Shown here in pieces: positions 11,960 through 23,618 of a stretch of 35,929 nucleotides of DNA; position 1 is the stretch's first letter, and every line of letters begins with the position of its first letter. This DNA comes from Xylographa opegraphella (Eukaryota): NCBI GenBank assembly GCA_022813865.1, contig JALDZX010000068.1:62001-97929 (forward strand), written 5' to 3'. The notes below the pieces were generated by a model that was given only the letters and a program-made list of their open reading frames with translations, did no database searches and was not told the DNA's origin. The position numbers were made by a program, and so were the translations under genes.

Positions 11960-14282
11960 CAGTACTTCTTACGAATCTCCTTATCATGACTCACTTGTCT
12001 ATACATTCCCCTTTCGTTCTTCTTCGGCATTTAGCGTAAATACCATTGGCATGGAGGGAGTTATACCCATTGGCTAGACGGAATTAGCGTACTGAGCGCG
12101 AATGACGAACCTAAGCACGGATATACATAGGTATTCATATATGGGGCTAAGAGCATGCACTGGGAAGTTGTACTAGATGGGATATCAGGTGCCGCTCGTC
12201 CTGTTCATGGACTTGAGCACATTCTAAGATTCAGCATCCTCTCGCATTATTGACTGGTATATTAGCCAGAAATCAATTTTCTCACTGCTGTATTTGAGCT
12301 CTCTATTCTCCACCTAAAGATGTGACGCAGCGTGTTTGCCTGCGGGCCGAGTCGATGTTAGTCGCCTTGTTCATTCATCGTGTTTGCTACGTCTCCACAG
12401 CTCGACCCACTGCAACTTATAATTTCCCGTTTGCGAATCTCTTCTCTCTCTTCTCTGCTGTGCTCTCATCTATATATGATTCCCTGATATCGCTTTCACC
12501 CCATCGCGAAGTACTGGCTTGAGTTGTACCCGTATCACCTGTTGTTTCCCCGAGCCGATGGAACAGTCTTCTGTGTATTTGCTTGATATCATGTACGACA
12601 TGCTGCACCTATGGCCGAATCTTTAGCCTCACACAAAGCTGGAAATGCTATCTCGTGCTGTATCAAACTTACAAGTTGTCCTATATTCTCTACAATTTGG
12701 GTGAACAAAAGTCGATCACGGAATATTTGTGCCGTGGTCATAGGCACGACGCAGAAGTGCATACCATGAGAATGTTCTGATGGTGTTTTCTGACGATGGC
12801 TTCTGATAGCATGCGACCCATTTCATAATTATATATCAAGATGCCTCGTCCTGGTTCGTTGTGGTGACAGGCCTATGGTAGCTATAACGCCAATATATGA
12901 ATCTACTCTTAGCTACTACATATGGAAACCAGGTAGGATACTACTATGAATAGGAACCGGATAGAGACGAAGAAAGATGATACAGAAGAAAAGCTCGGAG
13001 CACTTCTCACTCGGTTGAGCTGGATGTCGCAACGTCGAGCTGATCCGGACCTGGTTTATTTTGCCAGTAGTCTAGTCATATGCTTGTCTCAAAGAGTGAG
13101 CTATGCAAGTACGGTGCTTGGGGAAATCGACGCGACGGGTGTACGGCCCTCACCCCATAACTTTTTAAATGTCTAAGAACATTACAAGACTAACCGTACG
13201 ACCGCTATACAAATATGCCGGGAGCTACCAAGCGGGGCCTCAACTGGAGCTACTCTGAGGTCGGTAAACGTCACGGCCGAGTCCAACGGGACTTTACATG
13301 GAAAGAGTAATAGAAGGGAGCGTTTGTCAAGGGGGAACTTTTACGGATGCGCTCGGGGATTTGCGCTACATACCTTCCGAGAACCCTGCGTGCCTTGAGA
13401 AATCGTATGAGGAGCACACCTCATTAAAAACAACCCATGGCGCATGCACCACCCGCTTCGGCGGGCAGCGCGAGGACTATCCATTCCAAGAAAACGACGG
13501 AAGAACATGCGGAGATGGTTCTCTGGATATAGATGAGTCCTTGACGGCGATGCGGTGGATTGTTTTCAGTTCTGCGGCGCACTTTTCTGCGGGGTGTAGA
13601 CAAACCACCTCCGAATACTGCCACCGGTGATCGAAGTCTCGACGTTACGACCGGTGTGGATTGGATAAACTATTTGCAGACGAGATTTCCCGAATTCGGA
13701 AGCTCAAGAATGGAATTACAACCAGCCAATCGGAAGTCACGATCAAGTTATAAGCCCCAAATACTCCGTTTAAAAGCCTGCTTGGAACTACTGAACCTAC
13801 TGTAACAGCAGCCGAGTACAACAATAGGTGCCTAGTAACATCGGTGCTGGCAGGTGGTATTTCAACCAGTTGCGGCTTCACCCTGTCCGCTACAATCGAA
13901 AAATATCTAGAAACTCACTCTTCTGCTTCAGTGCTTGACAATCTGTTCCGTGCTATCAGACTTGTCTTTTAATATCATCATCACTAAAAATGAAGGAAAA
14001 CCCCGTCAATCACCCAGCTCGCTATTACTTGAACCACCCGACCCTACCTACAACGGCACGAAGCCGAAGCGTTACAGATGGGCAGCAAGTTTCGCAACAA
14101 CGCACCAAGTACTAAAGCAGCTTATAGCTACAGCACGACTTACAAATAGGAAGCCATAAGCGCAATGTCAGGAAAACGGACGATACCGAAGTTGGAACTC
14201 GAACTCGGGATGAAAATGAGGCAGGAGCGCGGACAGTGAGCCAAAGCGGTCGATCCGTGGTTCACTTACCAAAGGATCATTC

Positions 14283-14887
14283 ATGGTATATATGATATCT
14301 TACGGATGCCAATATTTCCGGATGGGCGCCCTCCTTGCCATCGGAGCGTTTCACGACATGTCGGTATCTATGCAAGGTCTGCAGGAACTGTGGTCTTGCA
14401 TGGAAACGATAGGTGGTGACGCAAAACCAGAGACAAGCGAGGTCATCAGCGCAGTCACCCACAGGTTCAGCTGATGGCGAGGCTGACCGGTCCGCTGGGT
14501 CGTCCTCTCGGTCATACGCATGACCTTCATGTGACATGGTACAACGTGTATGCCGTAGACGAGGTGAGGAAGAGACTTCGAAACTTCATTCCTCGTGACG
14601 GTCTGTTGTTGTGGCGGTTTGATAGCGCCTTTACTAGGGACGGAATATGCAAAGTTGCGAAAGACGAGTGAGCTATGCCTATTACCATTCATTTCAGTTG
14701 CGGAACTTACTATTTTGATGACTACTTGGAGATGACTATCTGGATGTTATTAGAAAAGGCAAATGCAACGTTGGATGGCAACCGTTATCCTTACAGCTTA
14801 CAAAAGAAGCGCCGAAGCGTTCATCGCTGGACGACTGTTCCGCATACAGTCATAAGCTTAAGTGCCTCTGCCACTATTACTCTATGA
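14283..14887 (+). pseudogene. Probable decayed gene fragment of unknown family
   Basis: ORFs 14474-14671 and 14675-14887 share a frame and are split by a single TGA (KDE*AMPITIHFSCGTYYFDDY). ORF 14283-14474 abuts them in a shifted frame. The composition is protein-like but I do not recognise the family. Confidence 0.35.
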
Positions 14888-16249
14888 TACCGGACGTCAA
14901 CGTCCCTAGAAGTTGTGTTACGAGGGTCACGTTGTACTTATTATTGTTATTATTATGGAATACTTATGAATGCTTATACTGAAGTGGAACTTATCCGGCA
15001 ATGCAGACCAGCTTGACTTTGAACGACTAGGAAGAGACCTTCGCTGAGTGTAAGAGCGAATAGGACTTCGACACGGACAGGTAGATTCTGAACAAGTCTT
15101 AGAACGGAGGAATGTTTCTTGTTTGCTTGCTCAATCGGGGATGATCCTCAATCTCAACCAATTATTCCACAGCGAGCAGGCCAGCTGTTCAACAGAAAAC
15201 GGAAGCCTTAGTCAACCTGAGCACCATCTCAACAGCTCGAGTCAGGCTCGACGACTTAACGATCCACCAAACTCCTAGGAGGGGATTGCTGGTACTGGAC
15301 TTATCGGAATTATCAGATTCACCGATCCCGATCAAGTTGGGCCTCGGTGGTCCTGGCTGCAGGCGGTCACACTATCGTTCGTCGTGCCCTATTCAATTCG
15401 ATGGACAGGAGAAGCTGATATATGGGTATTACTTACATCTGTTGGGATCGGAGGAGACGGACAAACTTCGTTGCGAGTAAGAAATGTATTCCTGCTGGAA
15501 TACTTACGGGACGCCGGAGTTTCCATGCAAGCAATGAGACGCGTCGCTCGCGAGGGTCAATGTAATATGGAACGCTTTCGGATATCAGATGTTGACGAAG
15601 GGGGTTTGAAGCGGACTCGGTGGCCATGGGTCGGGCGAAGATTGAAGAATTTCTGTCGAGCTCAGGCGTGACGGGCATTACTGAAGAATCAGCCCCACGG
15701 CCTCCGGGACTTGAATGGTTCTCGCAACTCATAATAGTGCGACTAGTCTCCTTGATCTGTAACTTTCACCATGTACATAACAACTGACAGCGAATGCAAT
15801 ATGGTCCTTAACCTCAGCTTAGAATTTGTAAGGCGAGTCCACAAATGGAGACCCGAGAAGCACTATAAAGAAATACTAAAGCGTAGGACTGGAAGCTCGA
15901 GCCTCGACCGCGTAGCAGAGCTTATAACTATCTGACATGTAGGGAAACTGGAAGCCAATACTGGCCGCGGACCTTGGAGCCATATTGATCGTAGAACTTA
16001 AAGCTAAAGCTCTTTATAGAACTGGAAGCCACCTTGGTCGCATAGACTACGAAAATTTTCGGAAATTTTTTTCGGACAAATACTGGAGCATGTTCTCAAA
16101 TCTACGAGGAAATAACAACGAACGAAAATCCGCGAGCTAAGTTTTTATCAGTATCATGAAGCGCGAACCTATCAGTGAGAGCAAAGCCACATCATATATT
16201 CGCGAACAATGACACTCGTCTCGAAGGCCCGCTCCCTCCTGCCCGCCCA

Positions 16250-16745
16250 TCACACCTCTTGCACCTGATTCCAACCAACACCTTCCTCCCGACCCTGTCC
16301 GTCCCCAGAGCGAATAGACCACCCCCCCTTTACCCAATCCATCCCGCTCTCCGGAGCACACCTCCACCACATTCTCCTGTTTCATGCCCCTATAAATCTA
16401 ACACAGACTTGCTCGCGGCCCCTGCATACAGCACGGCCACGCCACCAAGCTTCAGCACCCGAAACACCTCCCCGGTCACTTCGGTATCCACATCCGCGTC
16501 TCTCGGCACCAGTAGACCCATACTGATAATGAAATGTGCGGTAAGGTACCACCAGGTAGGGTTGACAGCGAGGGGGCGTCCAGAAAGCATGTGAGTCCGA
16601 CCTGCAGCTTCGATACGAGGCCTCGTTTCCTCGATCGTCCCAGGCGATAGCCATGATGCGGGCGTCCGGGGTGCCGGGACTTAATCTGCTGGCTGACGAC
16701 GTCAGTGCCGCTGGCATTGTCGAGGATGTGGGGAGGAGATGTCAT
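16250..16745 (-). pseudogene. Frameshifted class I SAM-dependent methyltransferase
   Basis: Motif I-like ILDNASGTD, then DARIMAI after a frameshift near 16675, and HFIISMG...EVFRVLKLGGVAV in a further frame. The 3' boundary is approximate. Confidence 0.65.
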
Positions 16746-17482
16746 GGGTGGAGAGATTTGTGGAGACGATGTGGGCGGCGATGAGGCGTGGAGGAATCGG
16801 GGTCGGAGGATGAAGCGGTAGCCGTGATGAGAGAAAGAGGGGGAAAGCTAAGTGCGAATGGGAGGTGGCGTGAAAGTTTGAGGTTCACCAGGCGATAATG
16901 GGGGATGAGAGGAACGTAAGAGGTGGCAGTACAGAAGATACATCAACATAATACAGGCTTATGGAGTTCGCCGAGAGTGGAGAGCGAAACAAAGTCTCCG
17001 CCATGCACTCTGCTGCATAACTCGGCGAACGCCTCATGTGTTCTTCAGGCGATGTGTTCCGGAGACATATGAAGCAAAAGCTCGGAGACATCTCGGAATG
17101 AGGCCGGCGGTCTCTAGCCGACCACTTGCAATAGCCGTTGGCTGTATGTTAACACAAGCGGAAGAATGCGGAATGATGGAATTGCGATTGAACGGTGAAG
17201 TGGTGTAAGCGAACCAAAGTCCTTGAGCGGAAACGACGGGAATGGAAGCAAGTAAAAATATAACCTTCGCTAGTTTCAGAAGAAACAACCAGCTTTGGAA
17301 GTGCTGCCCATTAACAGCAAGTTACAATTCCTTCTTGTCTGTAGACCTGGAAGTCTTGTCGACATTGCTTTGCATCATCGAACAATCGTGTGTGATATAA
17401 CAGCATAGATAACTCACAACCTCTGGATATATCTCGAAATGAATATCAACATATCAGACCTATGTCACTCACCCTGGTTCGG

Positions 17483-19189
17483 TCAGTGCTCAATCAAAAA
17501 GTCTGGCCCGGGCTCATCGTCCTCATCCTCCGACCTCTCCACACTCGGCTCCTGCAGCTCAGACAGATCGCTCATCACCGATCCACTCGTCGTCTCAGTC
17601 CCAACTCCCAACGTACTTCTTCCCAAGAGGGCTTCTTTCGTAGTATGGAAAGACTGGGACGCTGAGGACGGCAGTGTTGAGCCCTGATCTCTGCTTGGCG
17701 TATCGTCCCCCTTTTTGCCTGACGAGCCACCGTCCAGTTGACTCCCTAGCATTGGATTCAACGACGTTAAGCCACTATCGTCGGGTAGCAGAGTAGATTG
17801 CGAGAGCGCGGATAATAACATTCCTCTCCCTTCCCGCAGCGCTTCGAGTTCGGCGCCTATAGAGCAGACGAGTAGCTTCCAGCTCTCAGACTCGGCCAGA
17901 TCGAGCTGTGTGGAGAGCGTAGAGAGTGCGCTGGTCATGTGCTGAAGCATGGCTTCCATGCCATCTTCCGCGCCCGTGCCAGTTCCTGGTCTCTTCTCTG
18001 CAGACTTCACTCTACCCAGCTCAGCTTTCAGCCTACGCTCTACCTCGGCGATTGTGGTCACTACTTCAGCCCACACCTCCGCGCCTCTTCCACAAGCCTC
18101 TCTTTCCCTTTCTATCTTATCCAGTTTCTCCTCTACCCCCGCCCTCTCCTCTTTCACACTCTCGCGCACAAGCCCCAGTGTGGGCCTCTCTGCCTGCAAC
18201 GCCCAGACGCCCTTTCCTTTCCTCAAACCCGTGCTCTTGTCACCAAGCCATCTCTCACCCCCTCCCCTCTCGAGATCTTCCAGGGCAGCCCGCCAGCTAC
18301 TCAGTCTGGCATCCAGTCTATTCCCCCCTTCTTCCCTCTTTACTCTTACCCTCTTCAACCTCAGCCTCAACTCCGCTAATCGCTCCTCCGTCTCCAGAAT
18401 CGACCTCTCTAGATCCCTTTCTTCCCCTTCTAGCTTACTGATAGCCTCCGTACCCTCGCGCGCGTTCCGCTCAATAGCCTCAATCTGCCCAACGATACCC
18501 CGTCGCTTTACTTCCGCCGCCTCCATCTGCATAAGGCTGTCATCATGCCGGCTCAGTTGTGCAGCTAGCACCACCTCCTCTTGAGCCTTCACCTCCATTA
18601 GGTCGTATAAGCCGCGGAGGATGCCTTTACGAGCAGCTTGTAGTCCCACGCGCTTCTGCGCAGAGGCTCTTCGCCGCATGGGCATCGGCGCATCGCGGTA
18701 GCGGGACGCCTCCGCCGCGTGCGTACTAGCAGGAGCATTTTTGTAGCTGTCCGTATTCCCTGCTCTTGAGACAGAGCTCTCACGCGTGGTAGGTGTGCGG
18801 CTTCCTTCTTCGCTACTGGCGGGCTCGACATCGTGATAGCGGCGCGGCGATGCTGAAGGTCGCTGTCGAAGATCTTCGGAAGGTAACTGAGGGGGTATGT
18901 CCTGCGGAGGACCACCTAGGCCGGCGAGAAGGCCCGCGCTTTGGGCATTGAGAAGGGATTGGAGCGTTCTTTGCAAGTGAGCGGTCTGGCGAGCAAGGGC
19001 GCGAAGTGTAGCGCCGTCCGTCGAGGTGTCTGCAACTGAGATTGGGAGTTGCGTGACTGAATTCGGAGGAGGTAGGAGGACTGAGGCGACTGGCTGAGGT
19101 ATTGTCGGGGAGATGTCAGACGTGTGGAGTGGGAGCAGGGGAGGGGTTTGCGAGGAAGGGTGGGAGCGGAACGGGGAGAAGGCGCGCAT
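17483..19189 (-). CDS. ATG28: Atg28-like coiled-coil autophagy/pexophagy protein
   Basis: 568-aa ORF with LQRTLQSLLNAQSAGLLAGLG, a long coiled coil, WKLLVCSIGAELEALREG and an acidic C-terminal EDEDDEPGPDFLI. I recognise these from filamentous-fungal Atg28-like proteins. Confidence 0.72.
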   Translation of the reverse strand: MRAFSPFRSHPSSQTPPLLPLHTSDISPTIPQPVASVLLPPPNSVTQLPISVADTSTDGATLRALARQTAHLQRTLQSLLNAQSAGLLAGLGGPPQDIPPQLPSEDLRQRPSASPRRYHDVEPASSEEGSRTPTTRESSVSRAGNTDSYKNAPASTHAAEASRYRDAPMPMRRRASAQKRVGLQAARKGILRGLYDLMEVKAQEEVVLAAQLSRHDDSLMQMEAAEVKRRGIVGQIEAIERNAREGTEAISKLEGEERDLERSILETEERLAELRLRLKRVRVKREEGGNRLDARLSSWRAALEDLERGGGERWLGDKSTGLRKGKGVWALQAERPTLGLVRESVKEERAGVEEKLDKIEREREACGRGAEVWAEVVTTIAEVERRLKAELGRVKSAEKRPGTGTGAEDGMEAMLQHMTSALSTLSTQLDLAESESWKLLVCSIGAELEALREGRGMLLSALSQSTLLPDDSGLTSLNPMLGSQLDGGSSGKKGDDTPSRDQGSTLPSSASQSFHTTKEALLGRSTLGVGTETTSGSVMSDLSELQEPSVERSEDEDDEPGPDFLIEH

Positions 19190-19650
19190 CTGGGAGAGAG
19201 CTTTGCGGGGTTCGGGATGCTTCTATACGATCATCATATTTGATCATTAGGAAGGAAGGGAATCGTTGCAGCGTGGTGTAGCAGGAGAAGCAAAGGATGC
19301 CTGGAGATGTCGCCTAAGGAAGTAGAAAGATGTTCACTCATGCGGAGAGACCACGCGATTCATATTTAAAAGTCACATGTCTCGACGAGATACAGTGGGC
19401 AAAAGACTTTACTTGTAGCTGCGGTAAAAATCCGGCTTTGATGCGTTGTGATAATATTCAAGATATCGTATATGGTCCACGTCTGCTGCATAATCCCCAA
19501 AAGCGCCGACGACCGATGATATGCTTGCCGTTGATGGCGTCCTCCCAATCCCAAACGCCTCGCTTTTATAACACGTCATCCTTGTCATTCAAACATAGAA
19601 GCGATGCGTATAGCGTCTCTGAACAGACATTGCACGATACATGGCCCGAG

Positions 19651-21959
19651 TTATAGGTTGACAGCCCATAAACCCCTTCCGCCACTGACCCCAAGCCAGT
19701 CGCTGCCTTGACTTGTCAGCCCGCTCTTTGGCGCCCAGCTTATATTGCCGACTTCATATTCGCACTGCCAGCTTGCAGCAGGGCCGCGGGCATTTTCAGT
19801 ACTTAACGTGCCCTGGGACTGCGGATTCCCGTTCGCGCCGGGTACTACGGCTGCGTTGCTTTGATTGAGCAGGTCCCAAATCAGGACCAGAGAATCGTCC
19901 CCACCAGAAGCAAGTGTCCCTCTCCGTGACGGAGACCATTCCATACAGTTTATTGAAGCACCATGGCCTTGAAGCTCAAGAAGAGCCTGACCAGGCTGGC
20001 GAACGTCAAGGATACGGATGATGCTCGAATCCTGCGAAAAAGTCGCGAGCAAATGGGCGTCGTGCGGAGATGCTGGGTATATATGATTAGCCTTTCCATT
20101 GCCAGCGCCGTGGAGAAGCCACATGTGACCACATACCTGCCAAGCGTAACAATGGTGGAGCATATGACATGGTTTGTTGTGCTTTCGTCGGACTTATATC
20201 ACCAGGACTCGAGGCTTAGGCTCATGATTAGCACATGTCTTCCACAGTTGGGTAGTATATATCATACATTTGTCTCCCTTTTCAGATGGCTCGTATATTA
20301 TAGTACTGTGCTCCAAGCTTCTGAGATCGAACATTCTTACGCTCCCGTCTGCTCCACAACTCACGAACACGTCAATGCTGTTGGCACAGAATCGGACATC
20401 GAATACTTCTTTGTCATGCGCTATGAGTTGTGTTTTAGCAGTTAAAGATGGAATATCCCATATCGTACAGGTAGTATCAATACTGGACGTGATGATTAAG
20501 CTGGGAGAAACTGTGTTCCAGTCCAAGGACGTCAAAGGTGCAGTATGTTCCGGTGATTTCGAATTTGAGAGGAGGGCAAGAGGCGTTAACTTCTGTATTG
20601 GAGGTTCGTTGGAGTTGGAAGATCGTGTAATAGAATTGCTGGAGTTGTATTGCTTTTGTGGTGGAAGTGACCACAGGCGTAAGTGGTCGCCTGAAGTAGC
20701 TAAAAGGTCACATGATTGTTTCATTGAGTATTCAGGCTCCCATAAGATACGCGTTACAGGATATGAGTGAGTTGCCTCTGCTGTTTTGACAAATTCTATG
20801 CCATATTGTGGAGCGCCAGGAGTAGAATCGGGATCTGGATCAGGGACAATCTGGGTATCTAATATTTGTATCTTGTGCACACCGTCAGTCATATCGTCGA
20901 TAAGAAGTCCACTGATATGCCATGAATGACACTCACATAATTATGTCCATCTTCAAGATAGCTGCCAATTGCCATCTTGCCGGCCGAGTCTCCGAGACCT
21001 TGCTGTGATACCGGCCACTTGCACCAGTCGAACGCGTACACAGCCCAAGGTGCGAGATAGTTACAATTAGTGGGCATTGAGGAATAGCCGTCATTCGTAT
21101 AGGGATTTGCGTTGGCAAGACCATCGGACATCCCAGAATCTGCACGAGGCCGAATGTCTGCAAGTCCTAGCGGCGAATAGGATCCTGCTTGAGGGGTTTG
21201 CGAAGATGTATACTTATGACTTGGGGTCGTCGCAAATTTTGAATCTTCGGGAGTATTTACAAATGGTGCGGCTGGGCTAGATCTTGAATAATTATGAGCA
21301 TGACTGGTTGAAGACATCCGTGAAGTATTTGGATATGGTTGTGATTGTGATTGTGATTGTGTCGAGATTTGCGGGAGAATTGGGACAGTCGAAGGTGCTG
21401 TGTTGACTGAAGCTGGATGTGGCCGTCCTGTATTACCGGACTGCAAAGCCCCCGGCAACGGTAACGCTGCCGTAGTTTGTTGCCCCTGCTGAACGCCTGG
21501 TCTTCCGGCCTCTTGAGATGAACTGTATGACATGTGTGAACTATTGCCCATCTGCTCTCCCGGGTTTTGTTGCCCCATCTGTCCATAGTTTTGTGGTATG
21601 TGAAGCTCTTCCGCCTGACGACCATAACCCTGAGAGCGTCGAGGTGTTTCGTACCTCTGAGATGAACTGAGACCCACTGACGCCGATGTTGGGGATGCTG
21701 GAGCATTTGGACGTGGTAAACCCGCACTACTTGGCGGTGCTGTCTGCCCTCCTCCGCTTGAGCCGTGTCCGCTCGTACCAGAGTAGTAGACACTGTCGGC
21801 AGCATTACCGCTAGAAGAAGAGGTTCGTGCTGCGGTCACGGGGGCCCTCGTCGAGTCCGTTGGTTGAGTGCCTTGGTACAAACCGTTGCCAGATTGACTG
21901 GACCCACTCTGGTAGCGCGTCGTGTTCATAGACGGGTACTGATCCCCTGGAGGAGCCAT
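19651..21959 (-). CDS. WD40 scaffold protein, DCAF7/WDR68/AN11 (yeast YPL247C) family, with a long low-complexity N-terminus. Exons 21959-20937, 20871-20268, 20214-20137, 20072-19651
   Basis: Motifs HSYPVTRILWEP, DLLATSGDHLRLW, SSIDTTCTIWDI, KTQLIAHDKEVFDV and GADGSVRMFDLRSLEHSTIIYE. Introns 20936-20872, 20267-20215 and 20136-20073 all have GT..CTRAY..AG and give a continuous frame (APPLLRLA|ASPHD). Confidence 0.92.
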
Positions 21960-22358
21960 GTCTGCGGAGAGCTCTGGTTGTTCGTCTTGAAGTGCTTCGC
22001 ATCAATTGAGGGAGACTTACCTTAGGGTATTCGCGTTGCCTTGTCAAGCTCAATATTCCCAAAGGGCTTAGCGTTAGATTGTCCTGCCGAATGCGTCGGG
22101 CTATAACCCTACCAGGAGGGCATCAGCCATAAGGTATTTTTCTTGCGCCAAAGGCCACTACAGCTATCCTTGAAGACATTCACTGGTAGACTGATATTCT
22201 TCTTAACGTTCGGTGCTCGCCTGTACTTGAAAGTCTACAGTCTGACTCAGTCAAGTACTTCATCTTATTTGGAGAAATGACCACCTAATAGTATTCACCG
22301 CAAGAGAGGAGACAGGACTACATAGCCACATTTTTTCTTATTGAAGGTTGAATGGATC

Positions 22359-23618
22359 ATGGAAGAAACTTCAAGAACCGAGGGTCAAGCTTTTTCTTTG
22401 TTGATACTGCCTAATCCACCAGCTGACGTCTCCCTTACAACCTTTCGAGCAGCATATCAGACAGCATTAACTCAAGCTCTATCGGAGGCCGCGTCTAAAT
22501 CCAAGTCTGGATATACCTCTATCCTGGATATCGCCCTCGTTTGTCATTTCCCGAGTCAATCAGTCGATGGTCCGGGTTGTAGAAGCGGTATCTATTTCGA
22601 CGCCCAGCGTGCAATTGCACTTCTTTACGGATTAGTGTGCTTCATCTGTACTAACAAAGCTATCGATTTACAGTATGATAACGATGTTGACGTACGGGTG
22701 GTACTACTGAACGAAAGTGCCCCTGGGTACACCCTCGGATTGAACAATACCATAGACTTGCAAGGTCCGATTATAGACATGGAAACACTCGGCCGGACTT
22801 CCAGACCTTGGAGTCATGTGTACTCATTCGAAAGTGAAGAGGGTGAAGCATTGCTTCAGAGCTTCATCAGCATTAGGAGCAGAGATGTGCCAATATACGA
22901 GCAACCATCCAGTTTCACAACAGAGCGGATTGCGGGCGGCATGATCACTGAGCGATCTGCGAATCAACATTTAGACTTCAAGGGTGTGTCTTCAACTGGA
23001 TGTTACCACTACCATGTTGCTGTTGGAGGAACTTTCGACCATTTGCACGCTGGCCACAAACTTCTCCTGACCGCAACCGCACTGATCTTGGAGCCAGTGG
23101 GAAACCGTAAAGATTCACCGCAAAGGTCGCTGACCATTGGCATTACTGGTGACGCGCTTTTGAAAAACAAGAAATACCCTCAGGTGCTCGAGACCTGGGA
23201 CGAGCGGCAACAGGCGGTCTGGGGATTTCTAGCGGCAATCATCAATTTTGGAAGGCCACAAGAAGCAGTTTATCAATCGGAGCGCTTTTCCAACGCGGGG
23301 CCAAATGGCAAAGCAATTCATCATAAGCTCGCCAACGGACTGACCATCAAATGTGTTGAGATATCTGATCCGTATGGCCCCACAGTCACGGACGAGGCGA
23401 TAACAGCACTCGTCGTATCAGGCGAGACTCGATCGGGAGGAGAGGCTGTGAATGAGAAACGTCGGGAAAGGGGGTGGTCGGAGCTGGAAGTCTTCGAGGT
23501 CGATGTGCTGGATGCGGGCTCGCCCGATAAGACGGCTTCACCACATGGCTTTCAGGACAAGATTAGTAGCACAGAGATACGAAAGAGGCTGCAGGCCAGG
23601 GTTTCAAATATAGCATGA
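22359..23618 (+). CDS. CAB4: Phosphopantetheine adenylyltransferase (CoA biosynthesis, cytidylyltransferase family)
   Basis: VAVGGTFDHLHAGHKLLL (HxGH motif), ISDPYGPTVTD, LVVSGETRSGG and KISSTEIR. First in-frame ATG is at 22359. Confidence 0.9.
   Translation: MEETSRTEGQAFSLLILPNPPADVSLTTFRAAYQTALTQALSEAASKSKSGYTSILDIALVCHFPSQSVDGPGCRSGIYFDAQRAIALLYGLVCFICTNKAIDLQYDNDVDVRVVLLNESAPGYTLGLNNTIDLQGPIIDMETLGRTSRPWSHVYSFESEEGEALLQSFISIRSRDVPIYEQPSSFTTERIAGGMITERSANQHLDFKGVSSTGCYHYHVAVGGTFDHLHAGHKLLLTATALILEPVGNRKDSPQRSLTIGITGDALLKNKKYPQVLETWDERQQAVWGFLAAIINFGRPQEAVYQSERFSNAGPNGKAIHHKLANGLTIKCVEISDPYGPTVTDEAITALVVSGETRSGGEAVNEKRRERGWSELEVFEVDVLDAGSPDKTASPHGFQDKISSTEIRKRLQARVSNIA

Noticed and set aside
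17034..17288. Small secreted protein (signal-peptide-like N-terminus)
   Set aside because: The ORF starts at TTG and there is no in-frame ATG before the upstream stop. I found no splice model that supplies one.
17926..18584. Long plus-strand ORFs antisense to the ATG28-like gene, and similar shadows over MPDU1, gene 1, cupin and ACAD
   Set aside because: These low-complexity translations are explained by GC-rich, skewed codon use on the real coding strand.
21338..21361. (TTGTGA)n microsatellite
   Set aside because: It simply encodes the QSQSQSQ low-complexity tract of the WD40 protein.
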